From the NCBI RefSeq assembly GCF_006345805.1, contig NC_043022.1, positions 6,882,001-6,946,000 on the forward strand: DNA of 64,000 nucleotides, in the 5' to 3' direction. The stretch is from Octopus sinensis. Taxonomy: Eukaryota. Position numbers and translations under genes: made by a program. Every line of letters starts with the position of its first letter. The first letter of the stretch is position 1. Positions 51,750-64,000 of this stretch are shown piece after piece. The notes below the pieces were generated by a model. The model made no database searches, had not been told where the DNA came from, and saw only the letters and a list, made by a program, of their open reading frames with translations.

Positions 51750-52811
51750 AACTAGATACGTGCTCTGTGGAGATGGTCACATTTGGAGATAAATACTGGC
51801 TTTACATGTGAAGACACTTTTTTACTTCCACTTGTATTCTTTAAACTGTTGCTGCTGTTATTTAACCTTGTCCTCCAGGTAAGCTTTGTTAAATGGGAAT
51901 GGGTGGGTAGGTATTAAATATGATTTTGATTCCATCCATGACCATCCTACCTTTCCCTTGGGACCATCAACAACTCCAACATCGAATATGTTTGTTTCTT
52001 TTTCTGTGATTTGAAGGAGATTGGACTGCTATTTCTAGCAAGTCAGCAAGCCTATAAAACTTTCTCTCGTGTAGGATTATTGTTGTTGGGGTTGCTATTT
52101 AACCCCTTCGTTAGTTCTGGTTTACATAATGTCCCCCTTTTGTTCTAATATGATTTGAAGATGATTTAGCTGCTACTTCTAGCTGGTTGAGTGACTGTAC
52201 GATGTGGTGTTGGTGTTAAATGGAAGTCCACCCTGATGTCTTGTTTACCAAAGATCAGAAACTGGTGCCAAGAGGCCAACCCTTGTTCAAGGACTGGCTT
52301 TAAGGACCTCAGTTGTTTTATGAGCAGGAGGTGAACTATACAGCAACAGTGGCCCTGGACTGCATGAACTTGTACAGGACAACAGACACTGGAAACCAGT
52401 TCTAGAGGAAGCAGTGGTCACTTGAGTGACCAAAGCTAACAACAGGTGCTTGTTGTACTCATCATCATCATCATCATCATCAACACCATTGTTGTCACCA
52501 TCTCCATCATCATCATGATCACAACCACCACCACCACCACCACCATCATCAGCATCATCATCGTACATCTGTTTTCCCTGCTGGCATGGGTTGGACAGTT
52601 TGACAGATCTGCACCATGCTCCAGTTGTCATATTGGTCATGGTTCTTCCGACTGGATGCCCTTCCTAATGCCAATCACTTCACTGTTTCACTGTGTGTAC
52701 TGGGTGCCTTTTATGCGGCACCATCACCAGTGTGTCTTATGTAGCATCAGCACTTGATGAACTCCATGTACTCTAGAATGAGTACAAAATCTATGTCAGG
52801 AGAATTCTTGA

Positions 52812-53070
52812 AACAGGATCCTGCTCAGGATATTGACTTCCTAGAAACTGTTCAGAGACATGCAGCCAAGCGAATCCCCTCCATCAAGCATCGACCATAC
52901 GCTGAATGCCTTGCTTCCCTGGGCATGGACACATTGAAGCTCTGATGTCTGGCAACTGACTTAACAGACACCCACAAATTTTTTAACCATCGTGCCAACA
53001 ACCTTCTTGAGCACCTTTTTGAGTTCTATGTGTCTATCACACGTGGGCACGCCAACAAAGTCAGAAAACT
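52812..53070 (+). mobile_element. CR1-like LINE 3' fragment
   Basis: QDIDFLETVQRHAAKRIPSIKHRPYAECLASLGMDTL...TRGHANKV matches the 'LExVQRRAxK...Y..RL..L...TRGH' C-terminus. Confidence 0.75.
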
Positions 53071-54095
53071 CTTCATCATGAAGGATATAAACACCCATCA
53101 AGCAGATTTATGAATGAAGACAATCCACCTGTGGCCATCCCTATTTCTGAGGCACAGTGGACCTAGGGCACGCATTATTCAATGTGCCATGTTTCTAAGA
53201 TGATATGGTGCATGAATTGAGAAAGATTTGACTGTTATTTCTAGCTGGTTAGGTGACAACCAAGAGGTTTTCTTATTGCTCAACATGAAGATTATGTTGT
53301 TTAGCTCCAGCTCAGCCTTAATTGAGCAGATCTATGACCTAAGACACTCCAGATAAGACCACTCTGTTATTTTCTCCTTAGACATTGTGCATCATTAATT
53401 ATAATATTCAATGTATTTTATTTAAGGCAGTAGAGTGTGAGTTGGGGGAGGGGGCAGGGTTTGGCTGCTGTTTCTAGGATATAATGAGACCATATAGAGA
53501 TTTCCCTCGAATAATATCTTGGTTGTCTGTAAGAAAAAAATGATTATCTGGAGATTTTTATGAATTATCTTGTTTAGCCTCAGGTCAACCCTGATCTAAC
53601 AGGCTGATGATCACCGACAGCCCAGCCATGACTGTCCCAGAAAGACTACACTGTGTCATGCGTTTTGTTTTTATATACAAGAGACATCAGCAGTTTATAA
53701 TTTGAAGGAAATTAGGCTGTTATTTCTAGCTGGTTGACTGACCACATAGCGGTAGGTTCCTTCGTTAAGGATTATTTAATTAACTGTCATGTGATGACAT
53801 AAATCTTCTGTTAATTCCATTTTGACTTTGCCTGACACAACTCCTTCATATTGTAATCTAATCTGGCATCTTGGCACCAATCTCATTATTTATGTTGCAT
53901 TTAATTTATAACATTCTTTGTTTTAGCTGTCATGGTTAAGCCCATGCTGGAGTACCAGTCTTTTTATATTCCATATTGAGAACAGTTTATTAGGCTGGTA
54001 CAAATGCTCATTTGGCCAAAGCAAATGTTTTGGTCTCATTTGATGGCCTCAGTGTTGCATATAGTTCGTTATTCACAAGAATAATTGCTATAATA

Positions 54096-54510
54096 GGCGC
54101 AGGAGTGGCTGTGTGGTAAGTAGCTTGCTAACCAACCACATGGTTCCGGGTTCAGTCCCACTGCGTGGCACCTTGGGCAAGTGTCTTCTGCTATAGCCTC
54201 GGGCCGACCAATGCCTTGTGAGTGGATTTGGTAGACGGAAACTGAAAGAAGCCTGTCGTATATATGTATATATATGTATGTATGTGTGTGTTTGTGTGTC
54301 TGTGTTTGTCCCCCTAGCATTGCTTGACAACCGATGCTTGTGTGTTTACGTCCCCGTCTCTTAGTGGTTCGGCAAAAGAGACCGATAGAATAAGTACTGG
54401 GCTTACAAAGAATAAGTCCCGGGGTCGATTTGCTCGACTAAAAGGCGGTGCTCCAGCATGGCCGCAGTCAAATGACTGAAACAAGTAAAAGAGTAAAAGA
54501 GAGTAAAGAG
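54096..54510 (+). mobile_element. SINE family A, full length
   Basis: Head to tail; its 3' flank is shared with the 55596 copy. Confidence 0.9.
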
Positions 54511-54791
54511 TAATATAAGGGGCGATAAGTACATTTATTCAGAATCCTCTTTATCTGGGAAAGGTAAGTTTCATCACCATCACCAATGCTATAAAGGAAT
54601 ACAAATCAAGTCAACTGGGATTTCATTACCGTACCTGAAAGTACTGGCAAGTGCACTGGTTTGTTTGTTGTTTGTAGTATATCTACGCAAATATGTAAAG
54701 ATCAAAGGAAGCTTTCAAGCTATATCTTATTGTTTGGACCATAATTAGCTTTACTGACTTGTCTACTCTGTTTCATTCAAATGAAATCATC

Positions 54792-54848
54792 AGGAGCTTC
54801 CTGATGATTTCATTTGAATGAAACAGTTCTAGTCCTGTAGAAGCTCCT
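54792..54848 (+). ncRNA. Type I hammerhead ribozyme motif (probably Penelope-like-element derived)
   Basis: Stem I AGGAGCTTC/GAAGCTCCT (9 bp), core CTGATGA (54801-07), weak stem II TTC/GAA, GAAA (54820-23), stem III ACAG/CTGT, cleavage triplet GTA (after 54839). Confidence 0.7.
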
Positions 54849-54954
54849 TCTATAAAATAAATTAATTTACTCTGCTATGTATTGAGTACCTTATTTACTG
54901 TGGTTAACCCCGACTCAACCCGGGACCTACATATATATAATATATATACATATA

Positions 54955-57911
54955 CCATATTTGCTGGTGTATTAACTGGACTTTTTTTCAGATAGGAAAA
55001 TCTGAGAAAAGGGGGTGAAGGTTATACATGGGTACAAGGAAAACTTGGTCTAAAACATGGACATTATTTCATGTAATCATCCAAGTTTCATGTGGTACTA
55101 GCTCCCCTTACAATTCTTACCATTAAAACTAGTAAAAAAACTGTTTAAATATTCTTATTTCAGTGGCATCATCCATTTTGTCCATCATAAACTCATATAA
55201 CATTACGCATTTCAAGCCAACGTGCTCCGGTGTCATCTCAGTTGCAGCCTCCACTCCAATGGTGCTGCAGCCCTGTATAAGATGGACATGCGCTGGTAGA
55301 AAAGTGGCAAGAATATCTGTTAAGACTTACCTTTTATCCGACAAATGCCCCATGATTGACAGCTGATCGCAATTTCCACTCAGCCTCTGTGTCACTGCGA
55401 TTTATCTGAGTTTAGTAATCCCCAGGTCTACGACGTAAACAACTATTGTTCGGTGACCCGGATGTATTACTTATCTTGCCAAATAGGGAAACGAGAGAGA
55501 GGGAGAGCTGTGGTTCATTCTCGAATGTGATTGATGAAATGTATTTACTGGGTAACAAGTAAATTAAAATGGAATATGAAAAATTATTTCATATAGGCGC
55601 AGGAGTGGCTGTGTGGTAAGTAGCTTGCTAACCAACCACATGGTTCCGGGTTCAGTCCCACTGCGTGGCATCTTGGGCAAGTGTCTTCTGCTATAGCCCC
55701 GGGCCGACCGGGGCTATAGCAGTGGATTTGGTAGACGGAAACTGAAAGAAGCCCATCGTATATATGTATGTATATATATATATATGTGTGTTTGTGTGTC
55801 TGTGTTTGTCCCCCTAGCATTGCTTGGCAACCGATGCTGGTGTGTTTACGTCCCTGTCACTTAGTGGTTCGGCAAAAGAGACCGATAGAATAAGTACTGG
55901 GCTTACAAAGAATAAGTCCCGGGGTCGATTTGTTTGACTAAAGGCGGTGCTCCAGCATGGCCGCAGTCAAATGACTGAAACAAGTAAAGAGTAAAGAGTA
56001 ATATAAGGGGCGATAAGTACATTTATTCAGAATCCTCTTTATCTGCGAAAGGTAAGTTTCATCACCATCACCAATGCTATAAAGGAATACAAATCAAGTC
56101 AACTGGGATTTCATTACCGTACCTGAAAGTACTGGCAAGTGCACTGGTTTGTTTGTTGTTTGTAGTATATCTACGCAAATATGTAAAGATCAAAGGAAGC
56201 TTTCAAGCTATATCTTATTGTTTGGACCATAATTAGCTTTATTGACTTGTCTACTCTGTTCTTGAAGTCCCATCTGACTCATCTAATTTGCTCTTCAAGT
56301 CCACCAGTGGTCAAGATGAGCATTCACAGCTGTCCTCAAGCTCTCAGTTTCCAGGTTTGCTTAGGAGTTTGGAAACCGTGCAGTGGGCTGTCGTTTTGTG
56401 GCTGACAAGTCTGTTGTCCTATGATGGTGCTCCAATAAGGCCACAATCAAGTCAATGCCCAAGAAGACGACAATGAGGGGCAAAATGGTGCTGTGGCCAG
56501 AATTGGAGGAGAGGCTTGTTGGATGGGTGAGAAGAGAAGAGGATGGGAGGACTTGTGGTACTGGCACTCACCCTTCAAATTGAGGCCAAGAAGATCACCA
56601 AAGACATTGGTGTCAGAGACTTCTGTTCCAGCACATCATAAGCTTTTCGGTTTATGCACAGGCATGATCTGTCCATCAGGCATTGCACCCACATTGCACA
56701 GCGGTTGCTGGAAGATCTCGATGAGAAGACTGAGAGGTTCCAGTGGTTTATCATCAACCTGCGTAAATGGCGTCAGGACCCTCTGAGCTGCACTGGCAAA
56801 GCAGACTAGACTGCCCTCACGATCGATCTTCCAATGGCAAGAACTGTTGCTGAGAAAGGGAAGAAAACAGTGGAAATCATCACGATGGGTCACAAGAAGG
56901 ACCGTTTTATGGTGATGCTGGCTTGCATGGCTGATTGATGAAAGCTGCCACCATATGTCAGCCTCAAGAGGAAGAGACTACCCAAGGCTGCCAAGTTTCG
57001 GGAAGGGGCCATTGTTTGAGCCCAAGTGAAAGGTTGGATGGACCAAGCACTCATTGAGGACTGGCTTCGGGTAGTGTGGGTCAGTGCATCAGTGGACTGC
57101 ATCAGAGAAGGAGTCTCCTGGTTTTGGACGCATTCAGATGCCACAAGACAGAAGAAACCAAGGTGAAGATACGTCATCTGAACATCGCCGTGGCAATGAT
57201 CCCCAAGGGAATGACATCCCTTCTTCAACCCTTTGATGTTGCAGTCAACAAACCATTTAAGGACTGTCTGAAACACCGCTGGGAGGATTGGATGGCCAAT
57301 GCACTGCTGGAAATGACAAAGACTGGGTGCACAAAGAAAGTTGACTTGGGGACAATCTGCGAGTGGATCCTGAAGGTCTGGGAAAACATCACCAAGTGGG
57401 CTTTCCTGAAGTGCTGTTTATCCAACGCACTTGGCAGCACAGAAGAAGACATCTTGTAGAAAAATGATGCTATCTCTCCCGACTCTTCTGATTCTAGCGA
57501 TGACAACGATGAACTGACATATGCAGATGATCAACTCTACGAGGTCTTCAATGGGTCGTCTGATGACAAAGAGTTCTTCAGCTTTGTGTGAAGTCTCTCC
57601 CCATTTGGATCGGTTCTTTTTAGGACCATACATTTCCAAGAAAGAATATAAAGATCACAATAAATCATATAAACACACATAATAAAAAGATGTTCTCTTA
57701 TTATCTCTTGCATTCAAAACCTGGACTTTTTCCATTAATAATTATGAGCATCAATGATTGCAGTTGGAATGAAATCATCAGGAAATTGAAGTTTGTATTC
57801 ATCCCGCATTTCTCCCTTTTCATTAGCCCTGGTTATTTCCCGGTTTCCCACATGATTTTTCCTGTGGGGGACTGAAAATCAGGGGTGCAGTTTATACACT
57901 GGCAAATTAGG
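54955..57911 (+). mobile_element. pogo-superfamily (POGK/Passer-like, DD35D) DNA transposon, full-length fossil
   Basis: Imperfect TIRs CCATATTTGCTGGTGTATTAACTG / CAGTTTATACACTGGCAAATTAGG. Broken transposase at about 56440-57550: FMHRHDLSIR (CENP-B HTH), KLPPYV, KGWMD, SLLVLDAFRCH...IPKGMTSLLQPFDVAVNKPFK with 35 residues between the Ds. Confidence 0.88.
55596..56000 (+). mobile_element. SINE family A inserted in the pogo element
   Basis: Full length; ATATA on both flanks. Confidence 0.9.
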
Positions 57912-58315
57912 CACGGGCATGGCTGTGTGGTTAGGGAGCTTGCTTCCTAGCTACATGGTTTCGGGTTCAGTCCCACTGCCTGGCACTTTGGGTAGGTGTC
58001 TTCCACTATAGCCCCGAGCCGACCGAAGCTTTGTGATGGAATTCGGCAGGCGGAAGTTACTGCCGTGTGTGTATATGTACGTGTAGGTGCTTGTGCCTCT
58101 CCGTAAAAAAAAAAAAAAAAAAAAGTGAATTTGCAAGGATATATCATCCATGCGGATTCCGTGTCTGCTCTCAATTCGATTCCAGATGCCGGCTAACCAC
58201 ATTTGATGCCTGTGCTTTCAATAAGTTGTTAGACATTGATAAATTTTCTCATTCAGTCATTCCTTATGTCCCCTACAAGACTGCAAAAGTTCTGTACAAT
58301 TTAAAATAATAAGAA

Positions 58316-58829
58316 CTAGCAGTATCGCCCGGCGTTGCTCGGGTTTGTAAGGGAAATAACTATATAAGCATTTTTAGAGAGTTACTTCCCTTATAGATGC
58401 CAATTCGGGCTTTCTTAGCCATTTCTGTTTTGGCGACTTCAAGCCATGAAGTCGTTGTTCTAAAAGAACGCTGGTCTCCTTGACAACGCATTACGACGTT
58501 GATTTCCTTACACTCCCTTCCCCACAGCTTCACGAGGGAGGGAAGAAGGGGGAGAAGCAACACAGGTGCAGGTGTGACCGTGGACGCCAACTCCGCCGCC
58601 ATCGACACACGAAAAATTATGCATTAAAATGGAATAAAAAATGATGTTAAATTATTTTTAAAATCGTAGGCTCATCGTAGACGCGCGCTAATAGCCAGAC
58701 GGGCTCGATATGAATCACGACTATAAGATACCCGAATTTGGTTAAACTGCACCGCAAAATGTGGGAGTAGTTAGGAATCTAAATCGAAGGGGACAGACAC
58801 TCACACAACTACAGTTTTATATATATAGA
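58316..58829 (-). mobile_element. Non-autonomous Helitron (third internal variant)
   Basis: Minus strand TCTATATATATAAAA ... CCCGAGCAACGCCGGG hairpin ... CTAG; A/T target. Confidence 0.8.
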
Positions 58830-59779
58830 TAAGAAGAATGGAGATTTGCACATTGATAATCTATTTTACCATTATTCATAGCATATTATGATGACTTACA
58901 TGTGGTTTCACTGCAGGAACTGTACACTGTTGCAGGTGCAACCTTGCAATATTGTCGGTGCAGTTTCATCAGGATCTGTACCTTGTGTAGGACTACATTA
59001 TGCAATGTGTCCTTTCCTTTGCCAAGATGGTAATGTCTGCTTTGATGGAGATTTAGTTGTTGTTTCTAGCAATTAGGTCAACCACGTTGAAGATCTGTTG
59101 CTGGTATATTGTTCTCAGTTCCACCCTCACAGCTGCTGATTTCACTACCACCACCACCACCACCACCACCACCACACCACCACCACCACTACTACTACTA
59201 CTACTAGTGGCAGCAGATCAATTCTTTTATGAGACATTGTAGTGATAGGATTCTGTTGGTGACAGCTGCAGCTGTTTATGTGCACTCACACCTGCAGACA
59301 CACATGTGCGCACACACACACACACACACAACTGCTACCCTCCTCCTCCTCATCATCATCATCATCAAGAACCTGTCTAGTCAGTACAAATATAATGTAC
59401 TGATTGACCATCTCCCTCCCTCCCTCCCTCCCACTCTCTCTCTCACTCTCTACCCCTACCCACCACCACACCAAAGACACTCACTCCCCCCCACATTCAC
59501 CACTCTGTCCTGCCCTCTACACTATGGCCACAGAAAAAGTGATGTATCCTTTTTAACCACCATGACCACCAGGCGCTAAACAGTAACAACATTCATAGCA
59601 TGAGGGATCCTACATGAGAGTCTCTATAGGGTCATTCAGCGTGCCAGAAACAGCAGTCAAATCAACCCTGCCATCTCAGGAATAGGAAGGCCAATTAGTG
59701 TAGTCTTAGATACAGTGTGGGTCACAGCTTGAACCTGTTTTAGCAGAATGCCTGCCAGATCAGTGCTGACTGGGACTAG

Positions 59780-59825
<46 letters not shown>

Positions 59826-59911
59826 TAAACAATCCCAGAAAGCCAGTTACCTCAGCTCTATCTTAGCAACCCATGGGGACATCAAAGAAAGGATGTCAGT
59901 CACTTCCCAAT

Positions 59912-60250
59912 CATCATCATCATCGTTTAACGTCCGTTCTCCATGCTAGCATGGGTTGGACGGTTCGACCGGGGATCTGGGAAGCCAGAAGGCTGCACCA
60001 GGCTCCAGTCTTATCTGGCAATGTTTCTACAGCTGGATGCCCTTCCTAACGCCAACCACTCTGTGAGTGTAGTGGGTGCTTTTTATGTGCCACCTGCACA
60101 GGTGCCAGTAGAGGCTGGCAACGGCCACGGTCGGATCGGTGTATTTTACGTGCCACCGGCACGGAAGCCAGTTGAGGGGGCGCTGGCATCGGCCACGAGT
60201 CGGATAGAGCTTTTTACGTACCACCAGACCAGGGATCCTGGCTGGTTCAA
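59912..60250 (-). mobile_element. SINE-like family D
   Basis: Near-identical to 9778-10122. Confidence 0.85.
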
Positions 60251-60276
60251 TATTTATTATTATTCTGGTGTGTAAG

Positions 60277-60856
60277 GGCAGTGAGCTGGCAGAATCGGTA
60301 GTGTGCTGGATGAAATGCTTAGCGGTGTTTCGCCCATTCTGAGTTCAAATTCGGCCGAGGTCGACTTTGTCTTTCATCCTTTCGGAGTCAATAAATTTAG
60401 TACCAGTTGAGTACTGGGGTTCATATAATTGACTTAACCCTTCATCCCCCTCAAGATTTCAGGCCTTGTGCCTTTAGTAGAAAGGATTCTACACTGGGCA
60501 AAATGCTTTGCAGCATTTCATGTCCTTATGTTCTGAGTTCAAATTCCACTGAGGTTGACTTTGCCTTTCATCCTTTCAGGGTCGATAAATTTATAGTACC
60601 AGTTGAGTACTGGGGGTCATATAATTGACTTAACCCTTCATCCCCCTCAAGATTTCAGGCCTTGTGCCTTAGTAGAAAGGATTCTACATGGGCAAAATGC
60701 TTTGCAGCATTCATGTCCTTTGTTCTGAGTTCAAATTCCACTGAGGTGACTTTGCCTTTCATCCTTTCAGGGTCGATAAATTAAGTACCAGTTGAGTACT
60801 GGGCACTAGCTCCTTTCCCCCCAAATTTCAGGCCTTGTACCTATGGTAGAAAGGAT
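60277..60856 (+). mobile_element. Head-to-tail triplet of SINE B segments (about 190-bp period)
   Basis: TTCTGAGTTCAAATTC recurs at about 60337, 60531 and 60723. Confidence 0.8.
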
Positions 60857-60889
60857 TATTATTATTATTATTATTATTATATTATTATT

Positions 60890-61180
60890 CAGTAGTCTTA
60901 TTTTTATCATGTGCTTTCACTGCACTACGAGCACAGCTCGTGTTTCCTTGGGGTATGGGCAGTGGTTTGTTGTGATGCTCTTATTTTCACTGTATTGAAA
61001 GTGTTTTATGTAGGAGGTGTGACCAGTAGTGCAATTTTCTGTATGTTATATATACTTGTTAGTCCTGGTGTTTTTGTTATGTATTTGTCTGAATACTTTT
61101 TATCATACCTAATGCGCCTACTATAATAGGAATTGTTTGTTTTCAGACTCCACATTTGAGTTACCTCTATTTCCAGATTT
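60890..61180 (-). mobile_element. R4/Dong-like non-LTR 3' end within a (TAA)n tract
   Basis: Minus strand QTIPIIVGALGMIK...TPGLTSIYNIQKIALL; TAA repeats on both sides. Confidence 0.65.
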
Positions 61181-61191
61181 TAATAATAATA

Positions 61192-61229
<38 letters not shown>

Positions 61230-61702
61230 GTTGTTGTTGTTGTTGTTGTTGCTGCTGCGGTGTGCTGCTCTTCTTCTTCTTCTTCTTCTTCTTCTTATTC
61301 TTTCTTCTTCTTCTTCTTCTTCTTCTTCTTCTTCTCTTCTTCTTCTTTCTTCTTCTCTAGTTTCTCTTCTTCTTCTTCTTCTTCTTCTTCTTATTCTTCT
61401 TCTCATTCTCATCATCATCTTCATATTCTGGCAAGCTGATTTTTTTCAAAAATTCAATTCCTTTTTATACTTTCCTCAACTTCCGTATATCCCCCCCACC
61501 ACCTCTGGCCAGCCACTCATTTTTCCCCTTAATATATCTTGGACTACATTACCCAGTATATCAAACAGTGGAGTTTGGTATTTCAAGAATATTTAGCTGC
61601 TATTTCTAACAGCTTGAGCAACCACATGAATGAAGAGAATATTTGTGAGGGGAAGGACACATTATAGTGTAATCCTTATAAACAGGCAGAAGCGGATTGT
61701 CA

Positions 61703-61802
61703 NNNNNNNNNNNNNNNNNNNNNNNNNNNNNNNNNNNNNNNNNNNNNNNNNNNNNNNNNNNNNNNNNNNNNNNNNNNNNNNNNNNNNNNNNNNNNNNNNN
61801 NN
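61703..61802. other. Assembly gap (100 N)
   Basis: Run of N. Confidence 1.
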
Positions 61803-62740
61803 TACCAGCATATGGACACTAACCACACACACACACACACAACACACATATATACCAGCTATGGACACAACCACACACATATAATACCAGCATATGGACA
61901 CTAACCACACACACACACACACACATATATACCAGCATATGGACACTAACCACACACACACACACACACATATATACCAGCATATGGACACTAACCACAC
62001 AACAACATATAGTACCAGCATATGGACACTAACCACACACACACACACACACTATACCAGCATATGGACACTAACCACACACACACAACATATATACCAG
62101 CATATGGACACTAACACACACACACACACACATATATACCAGCATATGGACACTAACCACACACACACACATATATACCAGCATATGGACACTAACCACA
62201 CATATATACCAGCATATGGACACTAACCACACACACACACACACATAATCAGCATATGGACAATACCACACCCCACACACACCATATATACCAGCATATG
62301 GACAACTAACCACACACATATATCCAGCATATGGACACTAACCACACATCACACACCATAATAACAACACATATGGACCACAACCACACCACACACATTA
62401 TACCAGCATATGGACACTAACCAACAAACACACATAAACAGCATACCACTAACTAACAACAACACACAAAATACACAACACACACACCACAACAGATATT
62501 CCAGCATATGGACCTAACCACACCACACACCACCATATATACCAGCATATGGACACTAACCACACACACACACATATATACCAGCATATGGACACTAACC
62601 ACACACACACACACAACACACATATATACCAGCATATGGACACTAACCACACACACACACCACATATATACCAGCATATGGACACTAACCACACACACAC
62701 ACATATATACCAGCATATGGACACTAACCACACACACACA
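61803..62740. repeat. Minisatellite TACCAGCATATGGACACTAAC-(CA)n
   Basis: About 20 or more copies of a 21-bp core with variable CA/TA spacers; noisy at about 62240-62520. Confidence 0.92.
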
Positions 62741-62947
62741 TACGTACACACTACATAAACGCACACAAACACGTACACACAATGCACAGTGTAGATGGCA
62801 TGTGACTTAAACTCTTTCTTTCAAAAGCGATGAATCAACCAAATTGTTAGAACATCCAACATTGTCAGTGGCTGGTATTTAGTCCCGGCCCTTTGCATTC
62901 TCACTTCAAATCCCTTTTGGGTTTAAAAAAAGACTGGGATTGGTTTC

Positions 62948-63331
62948 AACCAACCACATGGTTCCAGGTTCAGTCTCACTGCGTGGCATCTTGGGCAAGT
63001 GTCTTCTGCTATAGCCCCGGGCAGACCAATGCCTTGTGAGTGGATTTGGTAGACAGAAACTGAAAGAAGCCTGTCGTATATATGTATATATATATATATG
63101 TACGTGTGTGTGTGTTTGTGTGCCTGTGTTTGTCTCCCTAGCATTGCTTGACAACCGATGCTGGTGTGTTTACGTCCCCGTCACTTAGCGGTTCGGCAAA
63201 AGAGACCGATAGAATAAGTACTGGGCTTAGAAAGAATAAGTTCTGGGGTCGATTTGCTCGACTAAAGGTGGTGCTCCTGCATGGCCGCAGTCAAATGACT
63301 GAAACAAGTAAAAGAGTAAAGAGTAAAGAGT
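62948..63331 (+). mobile_element. SINE family A, 5'-truncated
   Basis: Starts within the tRNA-like head. Confidence 0.88.
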
Positions 63332-63343
63332 ATAACCCTTTAA

Positions 63344-63526
63344 CCCTTTTAGCAATTCACATTATTCTGTTAAATGCTAATCCTTATTTATTCGCGTTGT
63401 CTTGAATCAGTCCTGCATTATCTCATAGCTTTGAGATTTCAATGATGTCATTATGTTTAGGGTAGGTGTAAGAGGGTCAGGTTTGGCCAGCTGGGTCTGG
63501 ATATAGCTGGTTTACATGCTAAAGGG
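63344..63526. mobile_element. piggyBac-like MITE (second diverged copy from 63718)
   Basis: TTAA|CCCTTTTAGCA ... TGCTAAAGGG|TCAA. Its right end is part of an about 80-bp tandem duplication (63480-63640). Confidence 0.5.
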
Positions 63527-64000
63527 TCAAAGAGAGTAGGGTGTTTGTCGAGGGAGAGATTTGGCCAGCTGGGTCTGGATATAGCTGGTTTACATGCTAA
63601 AGGGTCAAAGAGAGTAGGGAGTTTGTTGAGGGAGAGATTTGGCTGTTGCATTGTATAAGGTCACGTGACTATAGAGAAAGCTTCCTCACTGATTCATGTG
63701 GTCCCTATTTTAATTAACCCTTTAGCATTCTTCAGATTACCCTCTCAAATATAAAGCTTATTTATTCCCATTGTTTTGAACTAATCAGACATTATCTCCT
63801 AGCTTTGAGATTTCAATGATTGGATTGCTTTATTCTTAGAATGACATTGTCAGGTAGGTGTGAGAGGTAGGATCTGGCCAATTTGAGCCTGAAACCTGTA
63901 ATTTTATTTATGGTGGGCTGCTCACTAGAACAACCATTCATAGTACAAGGACAGGATAGGGATATAATAAGGACCAGTTAAGGAGCAGCTGGAGCTGCAG

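Noticed and set aside
51865-51884. Second AG|GT motif (CCTCCAG|GTAAGC)
   Set aside because: Falls in a copy of the ancient repeat whose consensus contains CCCCAGGTCAGC; short pyrimidine tract.
57076-57459. Domesticated POGK-like host gene
   Set aside because: Upstream frame has stops and frameshifts and the TIRs remain, so it is a dead transposon.
61803-62740. CRISPR-like repeat-spacer appearance (also 46936-47837 and 8625-8980)
   Set aside because: Spacers are simple CA/GT repeats or identical units rather than unique sequences; no cas genes; eukaryotic context.

Overview
Eukaryotic, AT-rich, microsatellite-saturated non-coding DNA. The SINE families suggest a coleoid cephalopod, probably Octopus (inference). 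No intact protein-coding gene is recognisable, and nearly all listed ORFs are artefacts of simple repeats or SINEs. The window is a mosaic of at least five SINE-like families, decayed LINEs (RTE, CR1, R4/Dong-like, CRE-like), DNA-transposon fossils (maT DD37D, pogo DD35D, mariner and piggyBac-like MITEs), four non-autonomous Helitrons, Penelope-like fragments, minisatellites, local tandem duplications and one 100-N gap. Main observations: (1) one TSD-bounded insertion (33865-36393) joins a 5'-truncated RTE LINE to an inverted, circularly permuted 5' fragment of 28S rRNA; (2) a second TSD-bounded chimera (37655-37889) joins an unspliced, intron-containing pre-tRNA-Lys(UUU) to a SINE 3' tail; (3) a type I hammerhead ribozyme (54792-54848) has its core covered by a perfect 28-bp foldback, and several degenerate hammerhead-like motifs and long hairpins lie next to (TA)n tracts; (4) a candidate recursive splice site with a 39-nt RS-exon (51705-51743) lies on the same strand as a possible start exon near 2.9 kb. 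Repeat boundaries were read by eye and are approximate unless a TSD is given.
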